Positions 27,342 to 36,113 of a stretch of 64,000 nucleotides of DNA are shown here, one piece after another. The position numbers and the translations under genes were made by a program. The stretch is from assembly GCA_964544585.1 (NCBI GenBank), contig CAZJBV010000001.1, positions 45,330 to 109,329 of the forward strand, written 5' to 3'. The notes beneath the pieces were generated by a model that had not been told where the DNA came from, searched no databases, and saw nothing but the letters and a program-made list of their open reading frames with translations. The number at the start of each line of letters is the position of its first letter. Position 1 is the first letter of the stretch. This DNA is from an uncultured Gammaproteobacteria bacterium (GTDB lineage Bacteria > Patescibacteriota > Microgenomatia > 2-02-FULL-39-11).

Positions 27342-28350
27342 GACTTCTTTTTAAATTTTTTATAACTTCTTTTGTTACTTCTGTGGTTGTTGCATTGCCC
27401 CCGATATCCGGTGTGGTGCAGTTGTTTTTTATTGTTTTTATGATGGCTTCTTTTATTGCTTGGGAATACTTTTCCAGTTTCAAATATTCCAGCATCAGAC
27501 ATACTGCAAAAAAAGTGGCGAGAGGATTGATGCGGTTTTTCCCTTTGTATTTTGGCGCCGATCCGTGTACTGGTTCAAAAAGAGCATATTTGTTGCCTAT
27601 ATTTGCAGAAGCTGCTACTCCCAATCCTCCAACCAATGCTGCAGCAACATCAGATAAAATATCACCAAACATGTTGGTGGTAACAATAATGTCAAATGTT
27701 TCCGGTTTTTTTACCAAGTTCATTGCACATGAGTCGACCAACATATCATCAAAATAAATAGAAGAATATATTGGAGCAATTTTTTGTGCCATTGCCAAAA
27801 ATAGACCGTCAGTTAAACGCAATACATTAGATTTATGTACGACAGTCACTTTCTTTCGTTTTTGGTTGGTTGCTAAACGAAAGGCAGATTCAATGATGCG
27901 TTTACTTGCGTATGTAGTAATTACTCTTTCTGCTATAGCTCCTTCTTTTGTCTTTTTTTCTCTTCCTATATAGAGATCTTCGGTATTTTCTCTGACGATT
28001 GTAAAATTAATGTCCTGCCGGGTCCCTGGTAATGGCAGTGAAAAAAAAGGTCGGATATTAGCATAAAGATTTAAGTCTCTCCTCAATTTTACAATGGGGC
28101 TGAAATAATTTTTTATATGGGGAGGACTAGTAACGGCTCCAAAGAGTATGGCATCAGCCATTTTACATGTATCGATCGTATGAGAAGGTAAAGGAATACC
28201 GCAATTTAAATAGCAATCATATCCGGCTCTCGCTTCAACAAATCTAAAAGGTATAGGTAATTGCTCCAATAACTGAAGAGATTGGTCGATAACTTCCGGC
28301 CCTATACCATCTCCTTTGATGACACAAATAGTGTATTTATTAGTTTTCAT
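27328..28350 (-). CDS. homoisocitrate dehydrogenase
   Basis: GDGIGPEV, LFGAVTSP, RENTEDLY, EPVHGSAP; operon context. Confidence 0.85.
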   Translation of the reverse strand: MKTNKYTICVIKGDGIGPEVIDQSLQLLEQLPIPFRFVEARAGYDCYLNCGIPLPSHTIDTCKMADAILFGAVTSPPHIKNYFSPIVKLRRDLNLYANIRPFFSLPLPGTRQDINFTIVRENTEDLYIGREKKTKEGAIAERVITTYASKRIIESAFRLATNQKRKKVTVVHKSNVLRLTDGLFLAMAQKIAPIYSSIYFDDMLVDSCAMNLVKKPETFDIIVTTNMFGDILSDVAAALVGGLGVAASANIGNKYALFEPVHGSAPKYKGKNRINPLATFFAVCLMLEYLKLEKYSQAIKEAIIKTIKNNCTTPDIGGNATTTEVTKEVIKNLKRSHDYH

Positions 28351-28808
28351 TGAAATGTAATTATATTTTTTAAACTTTTTAAGCCATTTTTTTGTAAATA
28401 GGGAATAATTCCACCCTCATGGTATAAACGGAGCATCAGAGGAGGAATCAGCACTTTTCTTTCTATGTATAAATTTAAGTCATCTTTTTCATCAATTTTT
28501 GAAGTATCTACCTCGATTAGAAGCATGCCTATATTTAAACAATTTCGGTAAAAGATTCTGGCAAATGATTTTGCCAGGATGGCTTTCACTCCTGCGTACT
28601 TAAGCGCAATTGCCGCTGTCTCCCGGGAACTGCCGCAGCCGAAATTTTCTCCCGCAATAATAAAATCACCTTTTTTAACTTTTTTTCTGAATTCGGGCCT
28701 ATATTCTATAAAAGCAATTTCGGCCAATTTTTTAGCGTCGGTTGTGATGTTGTATCGACCGGGAGTGATAAGGTCAGTATTGATATTGTCGCCAAACATC
28801 CAATTCAT
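28347..28808 (-). CDS. homoaconitase small subunit (LeuD family)
   Basis: GDNINTDLITPG, NFGCGSSRE, SFARIFYRN. Confidence 0.88.
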   Translation of the reverse strand: MNWMFGDNINTDLITPGRYNITTDAKKLAEIAFIEYRPEFRKKVKKGDFIIAGENFGCGSSRETAAIALKYAGVKAILAKSFARIFYRNCLNIGMLLIEVDTSKIDEKDDLNLYIERKVLIPPLMLRLYHEGGIIPYLQKNGLKSLKNIITFQ

Positions 28809-30064
28809 GATAAATACCTCCTTGGATCTGTAATATATCCAGTAATTGCACTAGCTGCTGCTGTTGCCGGGGACGCCAGATATATTAGAGCTTTGGCGCT
28901 TCCCATGCGGCCGGTAAAGTTTCTATTACTTGTCGATACGCAAATCTCACCATCGGCTAGAACTCCCTGATGCCGTCCGAGACACGGACCACAACCGGGA
29001 TTGGTTATAATCGCTCCAAGTTTGGTGAAAAATTCAATGTATCCTTTATGGAGAGCTTGAATATAGACCAACTTGGAAGCTGGAGTGATAATGACGCGAA
29101 GGCCGGGACGAAGTTTTTCTCCCTTCCACATGATATAGACTATATCGAGATCCTCAATACGACAATTGGTACAGGAGCCTATAAAAACTTGGTCAAGTTT
29201 TATCTTTTCTTTTTCTACTTCAATGACGGTAACGACATTGTCGATATCAGGAGGACGGGCAATAAGAGGTTTCAAATCAGCGACATTAAATGACATTACT
29301 TTTTCATAGTCTGCATCTTTATCACTTTTTAGTTCATTTTCAGAAAAGGCATAATCCCGACTATTTTTCTCTAAATACTCTTTTGTATTTTTGTCTGGTG
29401 GTACGATCGCGGCTTTGGCTCCCATTTCGGCAGACATATTGGTAAGGGTCAACCTATTGGGAACGTTAAAGCTTGATACTACTTCTCCACCATACTCTAA
29501 TACTTTATAGTTACCCCCGTCTGGTCCAATAACTTTTGCCACAGAGAGGATGACGTCTTTAGAAAAGACGCCTTTTTTAAGTCGTCCGTTTATTTCTATT
29601 TTGATTGTTTTTGGTACACGAAACCAGCATTTTCCTGTGGCCATAGCTATCGCTGCATCTGTAGAGCCTACTCCGATAGTTAAAGCGCCTACACCCCCTC
29701 CTGTGGGAGTATGAGAATCGGCACCTAATACCAGATTTCCGGGATTAATGAATCGTTCAGACATAATTTGGTGGCAGACTCCTTCTGTAGTAATTGGTAT
29801 CCTTTGCTCGTCGGCAAATTTGCGAATTGCTGCTTGAAGCGTAGCTACCTGGGTATTCGGTGCAGGAAACGCATGATCAAAAGGAATAAATATTTTCTTT
29901 TTATTCCAAACTTTTTTGGCAATGGCATAGAAAGGTTCTAGCGCCCACGCACAAGTCGTATCATGCGCCATAACTAAATCGAGATCTGCCAAGACAAAGT
30001 CTCCCGCATGTACTTTTTTTCGGGCATGATTAGAAAATATTTTTTCGGCAATAGTTTGTCCCAT
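28805..30064 (-). CDS. homoaconitase large subunit (LeuC family)
   Basis: MGQTIAEKI, GADSHT, IGSCTNCR, GCGPCLG, NRNFTGRMG. Confidence 0.9.
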   Translation of the reverse strand: MGQTIAEKIFSNHARKKVHAGDFVLADLDLVMAHDTTCAWALEPFYAIAKKVWNKKKIFIPFDHAFPAPNTQVATLQAAIRKFADEQRIPITTEGVCHQIMSERFINPGNLVLGADSHTPTGGGVGALTIGVGSTDAAIAMATGKCWFRVPKTIKIEINGRLKKGVFSKDVILSVAKVIGPDGGNYKVLEYGGEVVSSFNVPNRLTLTNMSAEMGAKAAIVPPDKNTKEYLEKNSRDYAFSENELKSDKDADYEKVMSFNVADLKPLIARPPDIDNVVTVIEVEKEKIKLDQVFIGSCTNCRIEDLDIVYIMWKGEKLRPGLRVIITPASKLVYIQALHKGYIEFFTKLGAIITNPGCGPCLGRHQGVLADGEICVSTSNRNFTGRMGSAKALIYLASPATAAASAITGYITDPRRYLS

Positions 30065-30065
30065 A

Positions 30066-31307
30066 TTATTGTAAGTTTTCAATCCTATTCATCAATATTT
30101 GTTGTTTCATAGGTAATTTTTCTAACTTAAATTCTTCTACGACTTTCTTTAAAAGTACTTCCGGACGGTTTCTTTTCGTAACTCTATGTATATGTTTTTT
30201 AAATAATTTTGCAATTACTTTGGCTTGATCGGGTGTAACATCATAATAGTCAATTTCGCGTAAATAATAATAAATGAGATTCCATCCGCTGAGTGGACCT
30301 AGTAATAACTGGTTTCTAGTTACACCAAATTTTTGTAAATCATGTGCTTCATAAAGTCCATGGTGATTCATTACTGCTTTTTGATGCACTCCTGCGGTAT
30401 GTGTGCGATTGGTAAGAGACACCGGTTCGTTGTAGGGAACATGCCATTTGAGGATTGCGCCCATCAGTACATTAAGAGGATATGCGTATTCTAAATTATA
30501 ATTTTTGCAAAGTTGCCTTTGTTCAAAAAATGAATTGAGAAGAATTCCGGTAAGAGAAGTAATTCCTGATCTTTCAGCCATGCCCCAGATTGATGTATCT
30601 ATATAAGAAACACCAGATTGAATAGCGGTAAGAGCGTTTATTAGAGATAGACCTCGGTCATTGTGGAAGTGGCCCTCTAACATGACTTTTGGGTAGCGTG
30701 TTTTTAAAGCGGTGACATGATGTTTTACTAAGTCTGGGGTGGCACAACCTACGGTATCGGGCATACCAAACATATCAACATATTTATAAATAGTATCGTA
30801 AATACGAAATGTATCTTTTAAAGGAGTCCGGAAACAATCTTCGACACTAAATCGTATTGAAAGGTGTGGATATTTTAAGCGGACTGCAATAATAGTGTCT
30901 TTAATCATTTTTGCAATTGTATCAAAAGAATATCCATGGCTATATTTTTGGGCTCTTTCGGCGATACCCATGTATATTTGTAGTCCATCAAAACCAGCTT
31001 GGATGGCTTCTTCTATATCTTTAGGGTGACAGCGTACATGTGCGTAACAGGAAATTTTTTCTTGCACATTTTGTTGAATAAATTCTCTTAATCGTAAGAA
31101 GTCGTTTTGTTCAGCTTTACTTACGACAGGCGAAAAAAATTCGAATCGGCGAACTCCTAATTGGATGAGACCGTTTAGGAGTACTTTTTTATCGGCAAAA
31201 GAAAAACGATATTTTCCACTATCAAACATTAGTGGGGATTGTTGCCCATCTCGAAATGTTGTATCTATAAAGCCTTTAAATGTATTTAGGTGATTATTTT
31301 TTTTCAT
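30066..31307 (-). CDS. homocitrate synthase
   Basis: DTTFRDGQQ, RFSVED.FR, PDTVG, HFHNDRG, ERSGIT, AGVHQKAV; operon context. Confidence 0.85.
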   Translation of the reverse strand: MKKNNHLNTFKGFIDTTFRDGQQSPLMFDSGKYRFSFADKKVLLNGLIQLGVRRFEFFSPVVSKAEQNDFLRLREFIQQNVQEKISCYAHVRCHPKDIEEAIQAGFDGLQIYMGIAERAQKYSHGYSFDTIAKMIKDTIIAVRLKYPHLSIRFSVEDCFRTPLKDTFRIYDTIYKYVDMFGMPDTVGCATPDLVKHHVTALKTRYPKVMLEGHFHNDRGLSLINALTAIQSGVSYIDTSIWGMAERSGITSLTGILLNSFFEQRQLCKNYNLEYAYPLNVLMGAILKWHVPYNEPVSLTNRTHTAGVHQKAVMNHHGLYEAHDLQKFGVTRNQLLLGPLSGWNLIYYYLREIDYYDVTPDQAKVIAKLFKKHIHRVTKRNRPEVLLKKVVEEFKLEKLPMKQQILMNRIENLQ

Positions 31308-31309
31308 AT

Positions 31310-32359
31310 TTATATGGGGTGAAGTCCGGGAAACTCTAATCCCGTAGTTTCAGGAAACCCATACATAATGTTCATGGCCTGAATTGCCTGGCCGGCAGTA
31401 CCTTTGCCTAGATTATCTATGGCGCCGATTGCAACTAGGCGATTTTCTCTTTCGGAGAGAGCAAAACCGATGTCGCAGTAGTTTGTACCTGTGAGGATTT
31501 TTGGCTCGGGAAAGCGATAGTTGCCTGTTTCTTTTTTGACAAGTCTTACAAATGGTTCGTTTTCGTAAGCTTGGCGATAAGCTTTCCAGACATCAAGTTC
31601 TTTTACGCCATGATGTGGTATGGCGTGGATTGTAACGAGGAGGCCGCGAACTATTTCAATGGTGGTAGCAGTGACAGAGACTTTTAGGTTTTTGACATAT
31701 GGCGATAATTCCTGTTCTATTTCAGCTGTGTGACGATGATTTATTGGCTTGTAAGTTCTGACTACGCCATGACGTTCAGGATGATGTGAAGAATAGGAAG
31801 GAGTATTCCCCCCTTGGGAACTGCTCATTTTGGCATCGATGATAATATCCGGCTTGATAAGTTTGTATTTGACAAGAGGATAAAGAGTTAAGATGGAGAC
31901 AGTAGCCTCACAGCCACCACATGAAACAAACGATGTTTTTTTTATTTTATGGCGATTGAGTTCGGCGATACCGTAGACAAATTTATTTAAAAGGGATGGA
32001 TATAAGTGAGTCGTTTTATACCAATCAGCAAAAATGCTTTTATCGTGCAAGCGAAAATCAGCGCCGAGGTCTATAATTTTTCTGGCACTTTTTTGGGCAA
32101 GGCGCATATATTCCATGGATTTGCCGTTGGGAAGAGCCAGAAATATGAGGTCGGTTTTTTTAATATCTTTAAATCGACAAAAAGTAAGATCTGTTATTTT
32201 TCTTAAGTTAGGATGAACTTCGCCGACTGGCAAACCTGCAAATTTGCGGGAAGTGACATATTTTAATTCAATGTAAGGATGAAAGAGGAGAATGCGAAGT
32301 AACTCTCCGCCTGCATACCCGGACCCGCCAATTATAGAAACAGATATTTTCCTGTTCAT
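31310..32359 (-). CDS. lysY: [LysW]-aminoadipyl-phosphate reductase (ArgC family)
   Basis: GGSGYAGGELLR, DLGADFR, HHPER, HRHTAE, IDNLGKGTAGQA. Confidence 0.9.
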   Translation of the reverse strand: MNRKISVSIIGGSGYAGGELLRILLFHPYIELKYVTSRKFAGLPVGEVHPNLRKITDLTFCRFKDIKKTDLIFLALPNGKSMEYMRLAQKSARKIIDLGADFRLHDKSIFADWYKTTHLYPSLLNKFVYGIAELNRHKIKKTSFVSCGGCEATVSILTLYPLVKYKLIKPDIIIDAKMSSSQGGNTPSYSSHHPERHGVVRTYKPINHRHTAEIEQELSPYVKNLKVSVTATTIEIVRGLLVTIHAIPHHGVKELDVWKAYRQAYENEPFVRLVKKETGNYRFPEPKILTGTNYCDIGFALSERENRLVAIGAIDNLGKGTAGQAIQAMNIMYGFPETTGLEFPGLHPI

Positions 32360-33204
32360 GATATTTTTTCCAGACAATAATTAATAATTTCTCCTGCAAT
32401 GTTTACGTTTGTGACTCTTTGAACGTTTTTAAACTCCATGGTGTGATTGACTTCGTTTATGAGGAGTCCATCGTTTGTTTCAAAGACGTCTATTCCCAAT
32501 ACTCCCTCGCCTATTGCGGCAATAGTTTTTTGGGCGATATCCTCTAAATCTTTGGTAATTTTGCAGTTAAGAGGCAAGGCTCCGCGAGCTGTATTAGTGA
32601 TCCAATGATCACTCTTTCTATATATTGCAGCTATTGCATTACGTCCAATAACATTTAAGCGTATATCTCTTCCGTGCTTTTCTATATATTGCTGCATATA
32701 GAAGGCGTGGTGTGATGGTCCTCCTAAGACTGTTTTACTTTCTAAAATGGACTCGAGACTATCTAAGTCGTTTATTTTGGCTATAAGCCTCCCCCACGAT
32801 CCTGAAACCGGTTTTATAACAACAGGGAATCCCCCCCACGCTTCGACTGCAATCTTTGCTTGACGCTCACTAAATACCATACAAAATTTGGGTGTGGCGA
32901 CTTTATGTTTCCAAAGAGCTAAAGAGGTAATGAATTTATTCTCGCAGACTTGGGCGACAGAAAGAGAGTTTACACAAGGAATATTTAAACTGGCAAAAAA
33001 TTCCAGGGCGTGCATTCCTTTGACGGTTGAGACGCAACGCTCAAGAACGACGTCAAAGCCATAAGAATTATCCGGGTCGAAAATCTGTTCCCGGACATCA
33101 ATAATGTCAAGTGAAACTCTATTTTTTTTAGCTGCCTCGATGATGAGTTTTTCGTCGCCTCTTATGGTTGTATGTAAAAGGCCAATTTTTTTATTTTTTA
33201 GCAT
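32356..33204 (-). CDS. lysX: alpha-aminoadipate--LysW ligase (RimK-type ATP-grasp)
   Basis: IRGDEK, LERCVS, KPVSGSWGRL, WITNTARG, NEVNHTMEF. Confidence 0.92.
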   Translation of the reverse strand: MLKNKKIGLLHTTIRGDEKLIIEAAKKNRVSLDIIDVREQIFDPDNSYGFDVVLERCVSTVKGMHALEFFASLNIPCVNSLSVAQVCENKFITSLALWKHKVATPKFCMVFSERQAKIAVEAWGGFPVVIKPVSGSWGRLIAKINDLDSLESILESKTVLGGPSHHAFYMQQYIEKHGRDIRLNVIGRNAIAAIYRKSDHWITNTARGALPLNCKITKDLEDIAQKTIAAIGEGVLGIDVFETNDGLLINEVNHTMEFKNVQRVTNVNIAGEIINYCLEKIS

Positions 33205-33207
33205 ATT

Positions 33208-33384
33208 TTATTGCCCCCAATCTTCTTCAACTTTTGGAGCTTCTTTTAAATTAAATTTACTACTTTTGTTGTCGACTGAGACTACTTCAAGCTTTGAACC
33301 ACAATCCTTACAGGAAATAATTTCCGAAACTTCAACGGATGTAATCTTTATATTTGCGTCACATATGGGACAACTACCTAGCAT
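33208..33384 (-). CDS. lysW: amino-group carrier protein LysW with non-canonical C-terminal Gln
   Basis: CPIC...CKDCG..LEV zinc ribbon, ends EEDWGQ (CAA TAA); strong AAGGAGGTGA RBS before ATG 33384. Confidence 0.92.
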   Translation of the reverse strand: MLGSCPICDANIKITSVEVSEIISCKDCGSKLEVVSVDNKSSKFNLKEAPKVEEDWGQ

Positions 33385-33518
33385 AAAAATCACCTCCTTT
33401 TAGCCATATCCCAGTACTATGCTTACCTCAAGCCGGAGGCTTCCAGCCTCGCGCTCTTGAGGGGCGCAAGTACGGGATTTGCAAGAGTAATACTCGCAAA
33501 GCTCGTAAACTCTTGCAT

Positions 33519-33543
33519 AAAAAAACCCCTCATTTGAGGGGTT
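33519..33543 (-). terminator. attenuator terminator of the lysine operon
   Basis: CCCCTC-AAAT-GAGGGG hairpin followed by 7 T. Confidence 0.85.
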
Positions 33544-33569
33544 AGTAGGTCACGAAACGACAACAGAAA

Positions 33570-33632
33570 CTAACCCCTAATAAAAGGGGGTCGCTTCTTG
33601 GGTTCGTTGACAATATAATTTGTTTGTTTCAT
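33570..33632 (-). CDS. lysine operon leader peptide MKQTNYIVNEPKKRPPFIRG
   Basis: 20 codons with tandem AAG AAG, overlapping mutually exclusive hairpins. Confidence 0.8.
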   Translation of the reverse strand: MKQTNYIVNEPKKRPPFIRG

Positions 33633-33640
33633 TATGGACT

Positions 33641-33668
33641 ATTATACCAGAGATATTTATCGAGTCAA
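33641..33668 (-). promoter_or_regulatory. promoter of the lys leader
   Basis: TTGACT-16-TATAAT with extended TG, 8 nt before the leader ATG. Confidence 0.75.
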
Positions 33669-33671
33669 ATT

Positions 33672-34136
33672 TTAATCAATCGAGAGTATTTTGTAAAGGA
33701 TTTTTCCAACCGGCGCCTCTACCTCTACCTTTTCTCCTACCTTCTTTCCCAGAAGGGCTTTGCCCAATGGTGAAGAGTGAGAAATCTTTTTTTGGGTGGG
33801 ATCTGCTTCCCATTCGCCGACTATGGTAAATACGTCTCTTTTGCCATTGAGGTGAAGGGTGACTCTGGAGCCAACGTCTACTTTTGACCTGGAATGGCTG
33901 GAGACTATTTTGGCTTCGTGAAGGATGGTCTCTAGCTCGGCAATTCTGCCGTCGATGAAGCCTAGATCCTGTTTAGCCGATGTGTATTCGCTATTCTCGG
34001 CTAGATCTCCTTGGGAGCGCGCGTTGGCAAGCCGAGAAACTAGTTCCGGCCTTTTTTTATTAAGAAGCTCGTCGTATTCTTTTTTGAGCTCCGTCATGCC
34101 GTCTTTGGTGAGTAATATTTTCTGTATGTTGTTCAT
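33672..34136 (-). CDS. greA: transcription elongation factor GreA
   Basis: GDLAENSEY, RIAELE, ISHSSPLGKALLG. Confidence 0.96.
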   Translation of the reverse strand: MNNIQKILLTKDGMTELKKEYDELLNKKRPELVSRLANARSQGDLAENSEYTSAKQDLGFIDGRIAELETILHEAKIVSSHSRSKVDVGSRVTLHLNGKRDVFTIVGEWEADPTQKKISHSSPLGKALLGKKVGEKVEVEAPVGKILYKILSID

Positions 34137-34256
34137 AGTTCGACTTCGCTCACTACAAGTTTTAGGCTAAATAAAAAGACCCCTTACGCATGAATTATTT
34201 GGGAAAGCGCTTGGTGGGTCGAATTATTATAAATATTTTAGCAAATCTTTTTTGGC

Positions 34257-34285
34257 TTGTCAAGACAATCTTGAGGCTATATAAT
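34257..34285 (+). promoter_or_regulatory. tRNA promoter
   Basis: TTGTCA-17-TATAAT, 28 nt upstream of the tRNA. Confidence 0.65.
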
Positions 34286-35915
34286 ACCTACTGAGGCTAA
34301 ATAAAAGCTTTTTGCCGCCATCGTCTAGTGGCCCAGGACGGTACCTTCTCAAGGTACAAATCGGGGGTTCGAATCCCCCTGGCGGTACCCAGTTCCGACT
34401 TGTCGGGGCCGCCCGCAGGGCGGCCCAAGGTTCGCGCGCGTTACCGCGCGCTATTTTGTGGTTGAGAGTCAGGTTCGAGCCGAAGATTTTTTGGGCCAAT
34501 ACCTTTTTCTGGTATAAATCATTGCCCCTTGCGATGTTTGCCGCGCTAGCGGCATCTATAACCCATGTCCGCATGGGTTCGAGCCAAGCATTTTGCGTTT
34601 GTTCAAATGTTTTTACTTTCTCTTCCAGCGTCTTCTTGATATTTAACAGTTCAGCTTTTTTAAAGCGGTACGTTTCTATATCAATTTCCTGATCCAAATA
34701 AGCATCTAGAAGACGCTGTAACTTGATATTAATATTTTCAATTTCCATTTTTTTCATTTGAACAAACGCTCGGCAGGATTGGGCAGTGTCTTTTTCTTCC
34801 TCTTTGAGTTTAACTAACATTCTATTTGCCCAATCCTGACGTAAAGAAACTTTTTGAATAAGGCTGGATAGCTGCCTATCCAGGACTTCTTCGCGAATAT
34901 AAAGTTCGCGGCAAGAAATTGTTTTGGATTTTTTGGTACACCTATAATAAGTATGGCCTTTTTGAATTTCAGCTGTAATCATCATGCCGCAACTACTGCA
35001 GCGAAGAAGCCGGGCAAATGGTTTGGGGATTCTTCCCTTGTCTTTGATATGTTGGGGCTTACTCCTGTCTTTCAAAACCATTTGCACTTTATCAAAAAGT
35101 TTCTTGGAAATGATGGGCTCGTGGATTCCCTCGTATAATTCTCCACCAAACCGAAAGAAACCGACATAAAACGGGTCGGAAAGTACATATTTAATTCTGT
35201 CTTTATGAAGAGGCTTGTTACCTCTTGAGAAAATACCATGACGAGCCAAAAAGTCAGATATATCTTCAAGTCTTGATTCATTTTGGGCATAGATACCAAA
35301 TGCAAGGGAAATGTAGGGTGATTTAAATTTATCAACTACAATTTTCTTAGTCCTGACATTATTTAGATACCCGATGGGTGCCAGACTGGGAAATTCTCCT
35401 TTTCTTACTTTTTGGCGAAGTCCTCTTTTGGTATTTTCAGAGAGGGAATCCACATAGTACTTACTTTGCCCAAACGCAATATTGAGCATAAATTTACCCT
35501 GCGGAGTGGATTCAAACCAGAATTGGGGAAATTTGAGAAACTTGATTTTACCAGTATCAACTAGATAAATAATCCTTCCTCCATCTATACTATTGCGCGC
35601 AAGTCTATCCGGATGCCAAGCCAAGATACCGGCGGCTTCACCTTTTTCAATTCTCTCAATCATAGAATTGAAAACAGGACGGCCGGGAATCTTGGCCGAT
35701 TGTTTCTCAATAAGTTCCTCAATAATGGAAATTGACTCACGTTTGGCAAATTCCCTAAGCTCCGTAATCTGTGCCTCGATAGATAATACCTGTTTATCCT
35801 CTGTATCTGTAGACTTGCGCGCATACAAAAATAATTTTTGCAGAGTTGGTAATTGAGATCTTAAATACTCTTTTGGAGGTCTTGTTATGAGATTGTTGGC
35901 AGGAGTGGTAATCAT
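34260..35915 (-). CDS. large serine recombinase (resolvase + recombinase + zinc ribbon + coiled coil)
   Basis: YARKST (catalytic Ser), DRLARN, LRCSSCG...YYRC; last ~41 aa are read from the antisense of the tRNA and its promoter. Confidence 0.93.
   Translation of the reverse strand: MITTPANNLITRPPKEYLRSQLPTLQKLFLYARKSTDTEDKQVLSIEAQITELREFAKRESISIIEELIEKQSAKIPGRPVFNSMIERIEKGEAAGILAWHPDRLARNSIDGGRIIYLVDTGKIKFLKFPQFWFESTPQGKFMLNIAFGQSKYYVDSLSENTKRGLRQKVRKGEFPSLAPIGYLNNVRTKKIVVDKFKSPYISLAFGIYAQNESRLEDISDFLARHGIFSRGNKPLHKDRIKYVLSDPFYVGFFRFGGELYEGIHEPIISKKLFDKVQMVLKDRSKPQHIKDKGRIPKPFARLLRCSSCGMMITAEIQKGHTYYRCTKKSKTISCRELYIREEVLDRQLSSLIQKVSLRQDWANRMLVKLKEEEKDTAQSCRAFVQMKKMEIENINIKLQRLLDAYLDQEIDIETYRFKKAELLNIKKTLEEKVKTFEQTQNAWLEPMRTWVIDAASAANIARGNDLYQKKVLAQKIFGSNLTLNHKIARGNAREPWAALRAAPTSRNWVPPGGFEPPICTLRRYRPGPLDDGGKKLLFSLSRYYIASRLS
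34314..34387 (+). tRNA. tRNA-Glu (anticodon CTC); CCA not encoded
   Basis: GCCGCCA/TGGCGGT acceptor stem, GTACC-TTCTCAA-GGTAC anticodon arm, GGGGG-TTCGAAT-CCCCC T arm. Confidence 0.95.
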
Positions 35916-36113
35916 GAGCTAAGGAGTACTATACTTTTTCCTTCAAAATTTTCAATATGACTTAATGAATCAAACATAAGCAAAAAATTCTTTTTGTTCG
36001 TTTGCACGTAAAAAATGCTGATGCATTTTTCAGTGTAAAGGCAAAGTTTCCCCCACTATTTAGTGGGGGACAAATAACATCGCAAGGGGCAATTAATTAA
36101 AATTCTTCGGCTC

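Noticed and set aside
27328-31307. Leucine biosynthesis (leuABCD) annotation
   Set aside because: The genes are embedded among lysWXYZJ under a Lys-codon leader, so homocitrate-pathway paralogs fit better.
33400-33640. Lysine riboswitch or T-box upstream of lysW
   Set aside because: No L-box or T-box consensus seen; the leader peptide and alternative stems explain the region.
34312-34692. 126-aa plus-strand ORF
   Set aside because: It is the tRNA plus the antisense of the recombinase.
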